Source: a virus. From it: a stretch of 64,000 nt of DNA. How positions within the stretch are numbered: position 1 is the stretch's first letter; each line of letters opens with the position of its first letter. The position numbers were made by a program, and so were the translations under genes. Shown here one piece after another: positions 39,101 to 50,900 of this stretch. The stretch is from the IMG/VR virus record IMGVR_UViG_3300031841_003468, positions 89,712-153,711 of that record, one strand, 5' to 3'. The notes under the pieces were generated by a model. That model did not search any database and was not told the origin of the DNA. It saw nothing but the letters and a program-made list of their open reading frames with translations.

Positions 39101-42100
39101 CAAGGTTCTTGCTGGACGGGCAGATTCCAAAAATACTCATTCTAACGAATAATAATGTAACTAAGAACTCTCACTATGAAGATCTTGGCTTTAGGAATAC
39201 TGTCGGTGACTTTGTCGGCCCTGAAAGAATGAAGAGATGGTCAGACGAAGAAATGGGTCAGTCATTATGCTCACTGTACTCGGCCTACATAGAGTGGCCT
39301 ATTGATTCTGTAGGACAGGCTAATGTTGTGCCTACGCTAGAGCTAAATAGCATTGTTTATAAAGAAGACAAACAAAGTGCTACCAACGGCTCGATAAACT
39401 ATGACTATAGGTTTAATGCAGAATGTAGATTTTACACTCCTGCTAAATATCATCATCCGGCACCAAAAGATGTGTCTCATACAACAGGTTACAACGGTAA
39501 TGCACAAAATAACTTAGATAAGTATGTCACATACCTATTTGGTTCCTCATTTGAGTTTGGTAAGTCCGGCAAAGGTGGAGACATCTTTGTTTCAGAACAT
39601 AACTTTTCTATTGATGGCGACAATACAAAGCTTGATGAATTTGAATTATTTGTTGGTAACTCAGGACATCCCGGAGACACTGAAGCTCATGACTTCTTAG
39701 GGTTCACTAACTCAGGTCTATTGGGATGGGGAATGGTTCATAGACTAAGAGCTTCCTCTAGAGCAGGCTGGGAATTCTATCGTGACCACGAAAACAGTCT
39801 CTTATATTTAACTGCCGCAGCCGTTAAGAATTTTGTATACACAAACTTGGATGAGCACAATAATCAGCAAGCGGGATCAATTATTGGTAACTTTGTTTCT
39901 GATTTGGGTTCAAGCGTAGGTAACGCAGAAAGCAACTGGCTAATAAGCAACAACAATTTCTCAAGAAGAGGTTTTGGCTCATACTTGTCTTACGATCCAG
40001 ATTGTGATGTTCTTCTTGTTGGTGCAGAGGCAGATCCATTTAATGAGCAAAACGTATTAATTGATACAGATCCTAATGAGTTCTTAAAGACAAATAACTG
40101 TGCTCCTACTATCTTCTTGTATGAAAGAGGTAAAAATAGCAAGTCTTCAGAGGTTGTTGATGCATTTAACTTAACACAAAAACTTACTATGACAATGAAA
40201 ACACCAGTGTCCAGTAAGAGAAGACCTTTTGGCAACAGATCATTGGATGGCAATGTTGGTGCTGACTATACAACAGCATACACTAATCCTAAATCCTCTA
40301 GCGACACTATTTTCCAAGATAGATATCCAGAAATGCCTTACTCCATCGACATGAAAGATGGGATTATCACTGCTAGTTTTGGAACAGCATCAGCACTATG
40401 GAATAAGAATGGTAATCAAGAAACTAAGTTTTCTTCAATAACAAACCAACAGCTTATTAAAAGTGCCGAGTACACAGAAATTGTAGACTTTACTACAATA
40501 GATGCTACTACCAATAATAAAACTGTAGAATGGAAGCACTCTGATCAATTTACTACATCAGACTTCATTAATGGCCTACACCAAAACGCCAGCTACTCAG
40601 GTGTGAGCCTTAGCGATGCCAAGTCTGTTGCTTTGGTTAAACACTTTTCTATACCTTCTAGCAATGTTGAGGATGGATATGTAAATCTAGAATCACTAAG
40701 ATTAGCACTAACAAGTAATGACTTTGTTAATGGAAGCTCTATAGACTTTAATATTACATTTTTGTATCAACATGCAAGTTACAATCCTCAAGGAACTTCG
40801 CTACCTTTGGACGACACTTACTATCTTGGTACAGCCAGCTTTAACACTTCAAATGGTATATTTTCAAATACTACAAATACCATACAATTAGAAGATTACT
40901 TTGACCTGAAATCTTTAATGGTTTCCTCTGAGTTCTTAGATAGATCCTCTGATGTTTCTGCTGGCAGACGTACATCCGTACCAAACTCACTTGGTACACT
41001 TTTAATGGCCATCTCTGTTGTGACACCTCAGAGTGACAAGCACAATACATACAAGACTTCTGATATAGGTTCTTTACCTATTTCTTTTGAGGTTTCAGAT
41101 GCAAAGATGTTTGTTACTCTTTCAACTAAGCCTTTCGGTGAATACATTGGTGTTGACTGGTATAACTTTGACAGAACAGATAACTACTATGAGCCAGAAT
41201 TTGCAGCGATTAGCTTCACTAACCTATCGGGCTACTATAGTCTTTCTGCATATGCTGATGTCAATCCTTCGTTAAGAGGAACATATAGCAAAGCATACAG
41301 TATCACAACTGACAGTGCTTTGTTTAGCCCTCATAAGCCAGAGTACCTACCTCTTGCAACCTCAGGTTCTGAAACAGCAAATGGTGGATTAACACTTAAG
41401 CATCATGGTGCCCAAAGCTACGACGATAGCAATGATGACACCAAGATGAGTCTATTTACATTCTCACTAGAGCAACAAGCTAATGATATGAGTTTGGTTG
41501 TCGGCCCTCCAACTAGTGATCAAGGAATGACCTTGCTCTATGCTAATATATATGGCGTAGATCAAGGAGATATGGTTCTTCATAGACCTATCATGAAGGG
41601 TACAGACTTCAACGCAAATGCTCCGCTAATCATTAAAGCTCCTGACTTTAATAATGACATGAGTCTAGTGACTAAAGCTCCTGAAGCAGCGAATGCAAAT
41701 GCTCCACTTGTAACTAGTGGCCCTATATCAGAAAACGGAGAAATGATCCTAACTGGCTCTATTGGTCACTTCTCATACGATGGATTCTTAGGTTTGATTC
41801 TATCTGGAATGGAAGACTTCAATAGTAATATGACTTTGCATGTTGGTGTAGAGTCTGATAATCAGGGTATGAGCCTAGTTCAGTCTTCACCTGAGCCTAA
41901 CAATAATAACATGTCTCTAATCACTCAGGCATCGTTCACAGCGGCCATGCCTTTATTGCTTGAAAGAATTGGCTCTTTTGCATCAACAACTAAGTTGGCC
42001 ATCTTTGACACCAATGAAGCTGAAGCCTTAACTCTTGCTATGAATGCTCTAAACCAAACTGAGTTTGAAACTTCAGATCCATTCACTTTGCATGTAGAGT

Positions 42101-45100
42101 ACAATCCTGCCCTAGCAAATAGTATTGATGATTCGGCTAAAGCTTCTAGAATTATAGGCTTACCTCAAGGTATATTTGACATATCTGATGACGCTGAAGC
42201 ACCTAGACCTTCTGGTAAAAATTCGATAGGTCATAAAAATGCCTTTATTTCCAGTAGAAGTTTTGGTAAAGCTGCTCATAATGCAAGACCTATGGGTGCC
42301 AAAACATTTAATTTTGGTGGCTTTGGAGATGGAATAAATAGCAATCTTCATGGTCAAATCATAAATGGACTAGAGTCCCAACAGGGGCCAAAACATAGTT
42401 CTACCCCTATTGGCCATAATTACGCAATGGGTTTTGCTAGTGAGGGCTTTAGAAGAAGGACTGACATTAGACCAGCCTTTAAGCAAACTTTAGATTCCGC
42501 TGACTTTATTTTTGATCTTGGAAATAAGTTGTTTGTTGGTGGTGGTAGTATATCTAAAATAACAAGAAACATGAATACAAATAGCAACTCTACCACATCA
42601 CTTCATTACGCTAATGGTGCAGACTGGGATCAAAGAACTCCAATCAAAATTGAAGTATTTGATAAAACTGCAAATAAGCAGGTAGAAAAATTATTTGATC
42701 TTGACTTTACTACTGCAATAAATGACATTATTAATGATAATAGCGGATTTGTTTTAGGTGAATCTGGGTTCCGTCACATATTGCGTGAGTCGCTTCATTC
42801 TATGGGTGCATATCAGGAAGCTGGTTCATTCTTCAGTATTACTCCTATGAGTACCGGTATTTTTGACTCAAAGCAGTTGGTAGTTGAAATTAAAGATATC
42901 GCATTGGCAGAAAGAATTGACCATGTAACCAAATTAAATCCATTCAATTCAGAAGTAGAATCTGGTTTGTTCAAGGATTACTATGTCTATAATGATGGTT
43001 CCTTTAGATATCAAGCAGACTGGGAAATCAAAGATACTTATGGTGTTGACAGCAATTACTTTACTGCAGATGGCGACCATACAGCACAAGAGTCTGCAGC
43101 ATGGAAAGATTATCTAGAAGACAACCTCCATTCAGCCTCTCAATTATGTGCAATAAGCGTTGACTTTGTAATGACTAGAATGTCAGAAGACGAACAGGCG
43201 AGATCCTGTAATGCAATATTTGTATTTGACATTGGCTCTGTTCTGCTATATAATGAAAAGCATGAAAAATACAACTGGTCTGGAAGTAAAAAACAGATTT
43301 CCTCAAACGATCTAATGTACTTCTTGTCTCCTAATACTTCTGTGCAAATGAGCCACATTGACCGGGAAACTAAAGGCTGGGGATTGTCTAGTCTAGCTTG
43401 GCATAGAAATGATCTTGGTACAGATTTTGACGGTACAGATTTTGATGGCGGTATAGAGTTTACCCTAATTTCAGATTATCATCTAAATAAAAATAATGAT
43501 TTCTTCTTGCCTTCAGATCAACAGATACAGATTATTTATAGTAATGTTTGGTTCCCCGCTAAGTATGGTGAATATAAGCATCCTAGTCAGTGGCAGTTTA
43601 GCAACAGTACGGTTTTGACTAACCCTGATGGTTCTACGCTATCTGTTTTAAGCACACCTAAAAAGAGATATAATGGAACTTGGAAATATTCTCCAATGTC
43701 TGCACCTCTTAATAACAAGCATAATGCTCAAACTGCAGGTTATGACTTAGACGATTTCTTTAGCACTACACATGACTGGCCAAAGCATGTTGATTCCTAT
43801 GCTTTGCGTCGTCCTGTAAACCATAGTTTAGACTGTGTTGACAAGAATAGAACTGGCCCTAGTGGTGACTCTAGAAAAATTGACATACCAACACCTTTCG
43901 TTATAGAGCCTTGGAATGAATACGAATGGGATGTGTTCTCCTCTGAATATAGTGGATGGGGAAGCACTACTAGCCCAAGCTCTGCAAGCGACAGAAACAT
44001 TATTCAGCCTAGCAATGAGGCAGGTTTCTTTGGTGCTTTATCCAAGAGCAATAATGAATATAAAAGCCCATACCATAACCATGTGCAGAAAATATTAATT
44101 GAAGGCGATTTAATGTTTGTGGCTGTTCCTACTGCTCAGGCAACCATAGAATATTATAGTCACTGGGATGATATTCCTACGTGGAAGCCTGAAAGATACT
44201 TGTACCCTATGTGTCATGGAAAAGTTATGGTGTATAAGTTCGATAGAACAGACACCAGATTTGACAAAAAGGGCTTCTGGAAGCTAGTAGAAACTGTTTA
44301 TGCAAAGGGTAAAACTAGGTCAGAAATGCTGGCTTTAAGTGAGGCAGACTTTAAGGATAATTATCCGTTTGCTGGCAGTGATAACAACTACAATATTGGT
44401 GCCAATGCTGCCCTTTACCATGATTTCTTTGGTTTTGATATTGATTATAAAAATGGAAAGTTGATTGTTGGAGCTCCCGGAGAGGCTGCTGGTAGTGATA
44501 GAGTTAAGTACTTCATAGGCAGCCAAGGTGGGGCAGGGTTTGACACAAATGCAGTTATACCAAATGCTGGTGCTGTCTATGAGTTTGATATTAATCAAAC
44601 AACTGGTGCAGCAACTCTATTAAGAGAAACTAAGGGGTCAGATTTCTTTAGCGATTTCCCAGCTCTTGGTTCGCTTGATTCAAGTTTGACTGAAGAAACT
44701 AGAAAATGGTGGGGTCTTGAATTTGGTAGAGAGGTTAAACTAACTAGTGATAGCTCTTACTGTATGTCTGGTTACTGGGAAGAAAATAGCAAATACATCA
44801 ACGCTGCTACTTCAACAGGTGGAATAGACGTAACCCTTAACTCATTGCATGATATTGGTAGAAATATTACTGAAACTATCAACAATGATAATATCAACGA
44901 AGCTAAAAATTACTATGATGATGTTAACTGGGGGCTAAAGAATGATAGTACATTCTACAATGGTTATGGAACAAATTCTATTAACCTAATGAACCTATTT
45001 AGCGGCATTTCTGTAGTAAACTTTGATGGCAAAGATGAAATATTGGCTACTTCTAGTCTCTCACTATTCACTAGAAACTTCCAAGCTGCATACCCTATCG

Positions 45101-46530
45101 AAGTTCATAAAATAGCTAAGATGGGTGAAACTGTAGTAGATCAGTTTACATTGTACCTGCAGGCACCAGACACCAATAATGAAGAACTAAACTTAGCTAT
45201 GCCTCAAACAGCAGGATTGTTTAATCAACAGCTTGATCTAAGACAGGCTGGTCATATTGCAAGTAATGGTTCTATGAGCCTTTACCTACATCAGCCAACA
45301 CCAGTAAATCAGGGTATGGTTCTTAATATAAACCTACCAGTAGAAGATGGGTACTTCCCTCTGTTTATAGATGTTCAGGGTGACGATGTTGTAGCAAATG
45401 CAACACTTGTTACTGCTGGCCCAAGACTACAAAACTCTGGCGGTTGGAATCCTGCTGGAAAGTTTGAAATTAGTTCAGGTACAGGAACTTCTTACAATAT
45501 ATCTCAAACATATTACGATGAAAACTATGGTATCGTAATGCAAAGAGGTAGAAAATACAATGTAATCGCAGACAACATTGGTGGTTCTTTGGATCAGGTT
45601 ACTTTCTATTCTGATTCAGACTTCACAAGTGTCTGGGATAAGATGGTTGATAACAGTAGTATTTCTCGTGGAGACACTGCAGTATTTACTCTACCATTAA
45701 CAACTGAAGATTTAGATAAACAACTAGGCACAGAAGAATACACTAATCCTTACACTGGAGCAGTTGAAACTGCACATGTATTCTACTTCAAGAATACTAT
45801 TCTAGACAAGAATGGAAAAGGTTACATCGTAGCACCATTCAATGACTTTGGTATGACACTACTTGTTGACTGTGATAGCCTAGTCGATAATGAAAATATT
45901 AAACTATCTCTACCGTTTGTAGCAGAAATTGGACAGGGCACAGAAACTATGGTCAGCTCTTTCCCTATGCTAATTAAACAAGACGATAGAGTTCCAACGG
46001 CAGATAATGGTTCTACTGCATTAGTAACAGTAGCATCACCTGCAGGTATTCCAGCAGCCTTCAAATCTATGAATTTGGTTGCAGGAAATGGTGTGACTGG
46101 ACTGGAAGAAAGTAACTTCCCAATGTACTTGAAAACCATTGAAAAAGGTAATTCAAGTGCTAACATCCCAATCATTGTGTATAATCCTATTGAGACGGGT
46201 GTTGCATTTGCACCGGCACCATTAATAGTTGGAGCACCAACAACAGGACTACAAGAACAGAAATTTTCCACAATTCCACTTGCAATTCATAACGAAAACT
46301 CCTATAATAATAATATACCACTATTACTTTATAGAGAGGGTATCTCTGGAGGACAAGAAAACACTGGAGATGCAACCCTATTGATTCACAACGAGTCTAT
46401 TTCAGGGAACATGTCACTTGTATTTGGATCTGGAGATGCGACAAGTTCAGGAAATATGACCACAATAATTGAAGGCTTTACTTGGCCTTCTGGAATTACA
46501 CCACTAATGACAAGAGGTTATAACGTATAA
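36130..46530 (+). CDS. Giant (3466 aa) tail-associated protein with FG-GAP-like propeller blades and short-period shaft repeats
   Basis: Blade motifs NRFGFAIDA, RGFGSYLS..VLLVGA, DFFGFDIDYKNGKLIVGAPG, HGKVHIF, AGAVYEF; ~13-aa N-x-x-[ML]-x-L repeats at ~41340-42110 and ~45130-46527. Confidence 0.6.
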   Translation: MANSNENLTLTIGDLITDSNLNLGLKAQDVGISHFTNFNKMLSGKHENKLSDYLHIVDKAPNTYAGNPVLNNDNLPMSSVAVDDLLFIGSPHASSIESFSQTKTTNLFIPSVAAEVTYNTDGGSGAGGETVTETTYCFNGGFLINDVPNPTQTQNTSNSRIGETTLYSLTGINESYYTSQATNAISQEEFEESLDLNHSFIKVGLNASTTGLEYNLSFGGFVDFADWWTYVPNFDNTKWYMIRVPELDQNGFALNKTRYTIGLGISLHNTIEATVAHPTTGQQVPVYFWKPGTTLGALATDHFSPNTHIALGVPGVFVDPTSTTAQEFSSTLPVGAQTYTQGHSNAFMSTDFDATIEFYKYNPVYGHGKVHIFKRKNGVTSPRAVATQGNKLFSSNHNLSDGDIIRVEQALSADADSLQPRAFLKDEYEVKVDNSESFWLYDKDTSEIVDLNIREGDTVIWTCTQGANGSWEGAYKHIYEISSPMGKNGHGFTWEDASRTDNSGSTNDKLVYAIEPNSTNLPPKDKTISKSNSYSDDFVGYSSQNDLEWLKHRNYPNVGCTSLAFASFVNGPTSFLPYKADVAAGNRFGFAIDAIRIPREEFVGLDSLITTNDYEGVHKYSTSYPGDRTGQKGQFYALTVTEPGMHKHYAYNENLADLSMGSKSEDGKLKLVPDVQPNGKLYTFMVRVKEDGSVEISYGGRKEVPTPYAPSSYKNTAEGSDSFIHGVVNNLWTGQPSELEIIKTNHNGRFNLGPINGVSSLNTLVHDPYHDSSGTEVQMSLDSQEFPFTGDIDLTVEENEGDAFPAKTDHSSVLLDIDSWYSASDPNSSNQLDQEFQNQPNNWFEKYYDIKSNLMYLDNRITRRHVGCISIDDLVKQQERIDNNDKSYLVPNIWKKFSDAIDDYTPEYYSGNPNLVQDFDSNQFGGVTYNGKFWKDFKRVVKTCDMYWFEASQTQLLDINNYHATSDYITNKRPLDSQFLFTENAFTSVKTRFLLDGQIPKILILTNNNVTKNSHYEDLGFRNTVGDFVGPERMKRWSDEEMGQSLCSLYSAYIEWPIDSVGQANVVPTLELNSIVYKEDKQSATNGSINYDYRFNAECRFYTPAKYHHPAPKDVSHTTGYNGNAQNNLDKYVTYLFGSSFEFGKSGKGGDIFVSEHNFSIDGDNTKLDEFELFVGNSGHPGDTEAHDFLGFTNSGLLGWGMVHRLRASSRAGWEFYRDHENSLLYLTAAAVKNFVYTNLDEHNNQQAGSIIGNFVSDLGSSVGNAESNWLISNNNFSRRGFGSYLSYDPDCDVLLVGAEADPFNEQNVLIDTDPNEFLKTNNCAPTIFLYERGKNSKSSEVVDAFNLTQKLTMTMKTPVSSKRRPFGNRSLDGNVGADYTTAYTNPKSSSDTIFQDRYPEMPYSIDMKDGIITASFGTASALWNKNGNQETKFSSITNQQLIKSAEYTEIVDFTTIDATTNNKTVEWKHSDQFTTSDFINGLHQNASYSGVSLSDAKSVALVKHFSIPSSNVEDGYVNLESLRLALTSNDFVNGSSIDFNITFLYQHASYNPQGTSLPLDDTYYLGTASFNTSNGIFSNTTNTIQLEDYFDLKSLMVSSEFLDRSSDVSAGRRTSVPNSLGTLLMAISVVTPQSDKHNTYKTSDIGSLPISFEVSDAKMFVTLSTKPFGEYIGVDWYNFDRTDNYYEPEFAAISFTNLSGYYSLSAYADVNPSLRGTYSKAYSITTDSALFSPHKPEYLPLATSGSETANGGLTLKHHGAQSYDDSNDDTKMSLFTFSLEQQANDMSLVVGPPTSDQGMTLLYANIYGVDQGDMVLHRPIMKGTDFNANAPLIIKAPDFNNDMSLVTKAPEAANANAPLVTSGPISENGEMILTGSIGHFSYDGFLGLILSGMEDFNSNMTLHVGVESDNQGMSLVQSSPEPNNNNMSLITQASFTAAMPLLLERIGSFASTTKLAIFDTNEAEALTLAMNALNQTEFETSDPFTLHVEYNPALANSIDDSAKASRIIGLPQGIFDISDDAEAPRPSGKNSIGHKNAFISSRSFGKAAHNARPMGAKTFNFGGFGDGINSNLHGQIINGLESQQGPKHSSTPIGHNYAMGFASEGFRRRTDIRPAFKQTLDSADFIFDLGNKLFVGGGSISKITRNMNTNSNSTTSLHYANGADWDQRTPIKIEVFDKTANKQVEKLFDLDFTTAINDIINDNSGFVLGESGFRHILRESLHSMGAYQEAGSFFSITPMSTGIFDSKQLVVEIKDIALAERIDHVTKLNPFNSEVESGLFKDYYVYNDGSFRYQADWEIKDTYGVDSNYFTADGDHTAQESAAWKDYLEDNLHSASQLCAISVDFVMTRMSEDEQARSCNAIFVFDIGSVLLYNEKHEKYNWSGSKKQISSNDLMYFLSPNTSVQMSHIDRETKGWGLSSLAWHRNDLGTDFDGTDFDGGIEFTLISDYHLNKNNDFFLPSDQQIQIIYSNVWFPAKYGEYKHPSQWQFSNSTVLTNPDGSTLSVLSTPKKRYNGTWKYSPMSAPLNNKHNAQTAGYDLDDFFSTTHDWPKHVDSYALRRPVNHSLDCVDKNRTGPSGDSRKIDIPTPFVIEPWNEYEWDVFSSEYSGWGSTTSPSSASDRNIIQPSNEAGFFGALSKSNNEYKSPYHNHVQKILIEGDLMFVAVPTAQATIEYYSHWDDIPTWKPERYLYPMCHGKVMVYKFDRTDTRFDKKGFWKLVETVYAKGKTRSEMLALSEADFKDNYPFAGSDNNYNIGANAALYHDFFGFDIDYKNGKLIVGAPGEAAGSDRVKYFIGSQGGAGFDTNAVIPNAGAVYEFDINQTTGAATLLRETKGSDFFSDFPALGSLDSSLTEETRKWWGLEFGREVKLTSDSSYCMSGYWEENSKYINAATSTGGIDVTLNSLHDIGRNITETINNDNINEAKNYYDDVNWGLKNDSTFYNGYGTNSINLMNLFSGISVVNFDGKDEILATSSLSLFTRNFQAAYPIEVHKIAKMGETVVDQFTLYLQAPDTNNEELNLAMPQTAGLFNQQLDLRQAGHIASNGSMSLYLHQPTPVNQGMVLNINLPVEDGYFPLFIDVQGDDVVANATLVTAGPRLQNSGGWNPAGKFEISSGTGTSYNISQTYYDENYGIVMQRGRKYNVIADNIGGSLDQVTFYSDSDFTSVWDKMVDNSSISRGDTAVFTLPLTTEDLDKQLGTEEYTNPYTGAVETAHVFYFKNTILDKNGKGYIVAPFNDFGMTLLVDCDSLVDNENIKLSLPFVAEIGQGTETMVSSFPMLIKQDDRVPTADNGSTALVTVASPAGIPAAFKSMNLVAGNGVTGLEESNFPMYLKTIEKGNSSANIPIIVYNPIETGVAFAPAPLIVGAPTTGLQEQKFSTIPLAIHNENSYNNNIPLLLYREGISGGQENTGDATLLIHNESISGNMSLVFGSGDATSSGNMTTIIEGFTWPSGITPLMTRGYNV

Positions 46531-46531
46531 A

Positions 46532-47977
46532 ATGGCAGTTATTTGGAAAGGAACATCACTAGCAGGAAATGGGACAGAGCCATATCCTAATATTGATATT
46601 ACCGCAACAGCACTTAGAGGCGGCGATGGTGCTTATATCGCCACTGACTATTCTATTAGAGTTACAGGGCAAATGGTCGCCACTGGAAGTTTAGTTGTTG
46701 CAGGTGAAAGGCAGAATAGTCTATTTGGTAAAATAAACGCAATGGCTGCTGCTGTCGATGGTGAAGATGTCGGCAAGCTAGATATTCAGCCATACGGTGG
46801 TGGTGCCAGCAACATGACTTTCCCAGACGCTAAACTAACAAGCGTCAACTTCTCAGAAGCACCAGAAAATTCAGCACAGGTTCAATTCCAAGATTACAGT
46901 CTAGAGTTTACGGCTAGAAAATGGAATGAAGGTGGAACTACCCCTACTTATAAAATCTCTGAAGGTAGTGTGTCTTGGTCTTATAGCGTTAGTGGTGACG
47001 TTACAACCCCAACATTGGTCATTTCCCCTGTGCTCAACAAAGGCACAACTGTAACCATAACAGCCCAAGCAACTGGATATGCTACTGCTACATCGGGTGG
47101 TGTGATTGATCAAGAAGCAGCCCGAAATGCACAGTTATGGTGCAAGCACATGATGGACAACCTTCAAAGCACTTCTAATGGAAAGAGTGCGGTTGGTGCA
47201 TTAGCTCTTGCAAATCTTGCACAAGGTAAGTCTGGAGCAGCTGCAACTTTCGATAGTACTACATATACTGGTGTAAACAAAGCTTTTTCTGAGAATATGG
47301 ATATCCCTAACGGAACATATAGCTTAGAACAGACCATTACTTTAGTAAAAGACACCTTTAATTTAGATTACTCCGTAGAAGGTTCTATCTCTGACCAAAA
47401 TGAACAAAATACAATTACGGTTCAGGGTACATGCACACCATACGACACGTCTAATCCTAATACAAACACTAAGACCATTGAGAATAAACTAGATGATTAT
47501 GATACTTGGTCTATAGCTGCCGCATCATTAGCCTCTCACATATATAGCAAATTAGGTGGAGAAGGAACTTTAAAGAGCGACCCTACTAACTCAAGCCTTG
47601 GATACTCTCCTAAAACTGGAGAGATTACTTTTAATTTTACTTTTGATGATGGTGAAGTATTAGTAGCCGATTCTATCTCAAGTTCAGTCCAGATCAATGA
47701 TGTAAATAAAGACCAGTCAGCAATGATTGTAGCAGTTATACCTGTTATAGCTAGACCTGATGGCCCAATCCTCCAAGATATAGGGACTCCAATTCAACGT
47801 ACAAGAAGCCTTACTATCACTGCTACCATGAAAAAAGCAAATAGAACTTCTGCTCCTGATGTGTCTAATTTAATTACTACATATACACCTCCGGGAACTG
47901 CTTTGATTACTGGAAAAAGCGAACAGTGGAACCCTACTTCTGGATCATTTACTCTTGATGTGGAGTGGACTTACTAA
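46532..47977 (+). CDS. Putative distal tail / hub protein
   Basis: Beta-rich T/S-rich ORF with tube-like repeats downstream of the tape measure. Confidence 0.45.
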   Translation: MAVIWKGTSLAGNGTEPYPNIDITATALRGGDGAYIATDYSIRVTGQMVATGSLVVAGERQNSLFGKINAMAAAVDGEDVGKLDIQPYGGGASNMTFPDAKLTSVNFSEAPENSAQVQFQDYSLEFTARKWNEGGTTPTYKISEGSVSWSYSVSGDVTTPTLVISPVLNKGTTVTITAQATGYATATSGGVIDQEAARNAQLWCKHMMDNLQSTSNGKSAVGALALANLAQGKSGAAATFDSTTYTGVNKAFSENMDIPNGTYSLEQTITLVKDTFNLDYSVEGSISDQNEQNTITVQGTCTPYDTSNPNTNTKTIENKLDDYDTWSIAAASLASHIYSKLGGEGTLKSDPTNSSLGYSPKTGEITFNFTFDDGEVLVADSISSSVQINDVNKDQSAMIVAVIPVIARPDGPILQDIGTPIQRTRSLTITATMKKANRTSAPDVSNLITTYTPPGTALITGKSEQWNPTSGSFTLDVEWTY

Positions 47978-50900
47978 TGGCTTTTGAACCTAGAAATGAC
48001 AACAGTCTTTGGGCTCCTTTAGAAAACACAGAACAGCAATCTCCTGAAATAGGTGATTTGTCTGGGAATGTACAAAGTCTTTTTTCCGGCCCGTTTACAT
48101 TTTCTGGTGCCTATGTAACTAACATGAGCATCAATCTTGGCTGGGGTGGAGATACAAGTTCTTGCCAAATGACTCTAGTAGAAGACCCTGATAATGGTAA
48201 AGTTTTTGATAAGCCTGCGGTTGGTACATGTATGGGTATCAATATTGGCGAAGCAGAATTTATCGGCATATTCCAAAGATGGACTAAAAACCAAAGCACT
48301 AGTGGTACTACATATGATGTTGTTTTGGAGTCTCCATCTAAGATTATGACTGGAGTTAGTGTAATTCTAGACGGGTTTCAGGGTACTGGGTACACTGGTG
48401 TAAACATAGCACAGCCTTACAATGAACCTGTCTTCACAACTCAAATGTCTAATGTTTGGAATCCATTTGCTGTTAGGGAAAATTACCAGTATGGAGGAAT
48501 ATTTGGTGGTGCAAATACTAACTCCGCTGGTTTCCCTGTTCTTGATCTTGTTAATCTACTAGAAGAGATTTCAAAAGGACAACATAGTTTTGGTGGCCCA
48601 ATTTTATTTGGTGAAAGTAGCTTTAGTTTAGATTTAACTGAGTTACGTCCATTTGCCGCTATAATCCCTCATTATCGTGTCTCTGGTACAGTAATGACAC
48701 TTCATGATATCATCAATGATATATCTCAAGCTTCAGTATCTAACTTTATGTATAGTATTACTGGTCACATTGATCCTTCTACTAATATTGTAGAACTACC
48801 ATCTATTTCTGTCAAAATGACGGATACCAGCATCCAGCCTGACCTGAATACTATTAGAGGCATTGTCGAGACAGAAAAGACTTCTGGTAAACTTATATCT
48901 GCAGATAACGGTGAAGAGCTATCTGACCATGTAACACAAAAAATGGTTATAGGTGCTCCTGCAAGTAGATGGTGGCAAACTAGCAACGTTGTTCCTGTTT
49001 GGGGGAGAACTTCAGCAGGTCAATGGATTGGTGGTGACGGCTTTGGTATGTTTGACGGAGCATCTATTATTGAAAGCGATGGAAGTATACGAGAAACAGA
49101 CATACTAGAAATCAGATGTGCTGCATCAGGTAGAGAAGCTTGGAATATGTACCATGCCATTACAAAGGCTTGGACTGGAAAATCAGCAGTAGAAGCATAC
49201 AGTGGTATGAATACTGATGTTCTTCAGAGGTTACTTGATGGTCTAGCTAACTCTAATGATGTTGAACAAACAGACTTAACTGAGGCAGAAAGATATCGAA
49301 AAGCTGGCGTAAATAATATAAAAGCCCTGCACGATAAATTATTTGACGCTGCCAAGAATGTAGCAGATAACTTTTGGGGAAAACAATACTTGGTATATCT
49401 CCCTGCAGAGCCGGGTGGGGTTAGCAATAACTTAAAGTTTGTCGCTGAAGATATTGACTTTGTATCGTCTTGGGAAATTGCAGACTCAGCTTGGCTTGAT
49501 AACGCCAACCAGTATGTTAATGACATATCTTTCTTTGACTCTAGTGGTAGACTTAGAGCTGGTGTTGTATACCCGTTTTCAAATGAAGTAGACTACAGTA
49601 GTATTGGTACTGGTTACACATCCGCTTTTGGTGGCATTTTCACTAAAGAAGTACAGGTAGAAAATGAAATCTTCTGGGGCGACCTTCCCGGATTTAATTC
49701 TGCGGTTGCACTAACTCACTTTACAGCACCTGCTGTATTTAAGTATGACAAATGGAGTCAGATGGACGGATTAGCTGCCTTAATAGAGCTAATTACAGGT
49801 AGGGAGTTTGACGCTGCAGCTAATAATGGTAACATGTTTGGCTTAGATAATAACCAATTCTACTTAGCTCCAATGGCTGTTAAACCATCTTCCGTAGGTA
49901 TTCCTCAAGAAAGTAAAAGATATTCTTGGGGCCCTTGGTATGCATTTAATGATACCACAGGAAAGACTAGTGTTGAAGTAGACACAGATCTAGCACCTGA
50001 AAACTTTGGGACTTACTCTCTGCTAAATGAAGCAGGTTTCTCATCTGTTATTACTGCTACTGCAAATAATGCTACTGTAGAAGCAGGGTCAATTACACTT
50101 GCAGAACTACCTAGATTAAGCTTAGCCGATAGATTTGAAGATGCTGGGCCTTACTTAACTAGCATGAATATTAGTGTTGGAGAAGGTGGAGTCAATACTC
50201 AGTATTCATTTAATACTTACACTGTAGAGTTCGGCAAAATAGCAAAATATAATCGTGATAGAATTTCTAGAATTCGCAAAAACACAATCGAGCAACTACA
50301 AAAGCAACGTGAATTAATTCGTAAGCCAGCACTACCTAAGTATGAACCACATAGGCTTCCATCTAGAACTAAAGCTAACTCAGACCTTAAGTTTGCTGGC
50401 TTTGGAGCTATGGCTGGATTTTTTGGTAACATGCACTTAAATGCACATAAGCCAAGACCTCACGTTATTGGTCAACCCGCAGCTAATGCCGCAGTAAATT
50501 CATCCAAAAACTACGATCAAGCCCATGGTCAAAGTATGGAGCAGTTTATAACTCCAATTACTATTCACAAAGAACTGCCAGATGATGATGCCGCAGCAGC
50601 ACTTCAAAATGCAAGACAAGATGAACCACCTATGTTCCTTGCTCCTACTGACGAAGCTGGTCATAATGACGGGTTATTCCTTGAAGGTCATGCTAGTCCA
50701 ACTAGTGAAGAGCTAAACAAATACTTTGCCTTTGGTGGCGAGACAGACTTCTGTTTAGTTTATCGTGACGATGCAGCTTCTGTTACAGACATCAACCAAA
50801 GAAAAGGTAATCCTCCACAGTCTGAGGTTAGACCTATGGCTCAGGTTGGCCCACTTACTCTTTCTGGATGGGGATATGACATAGCAGATCAGCCAGTTCC

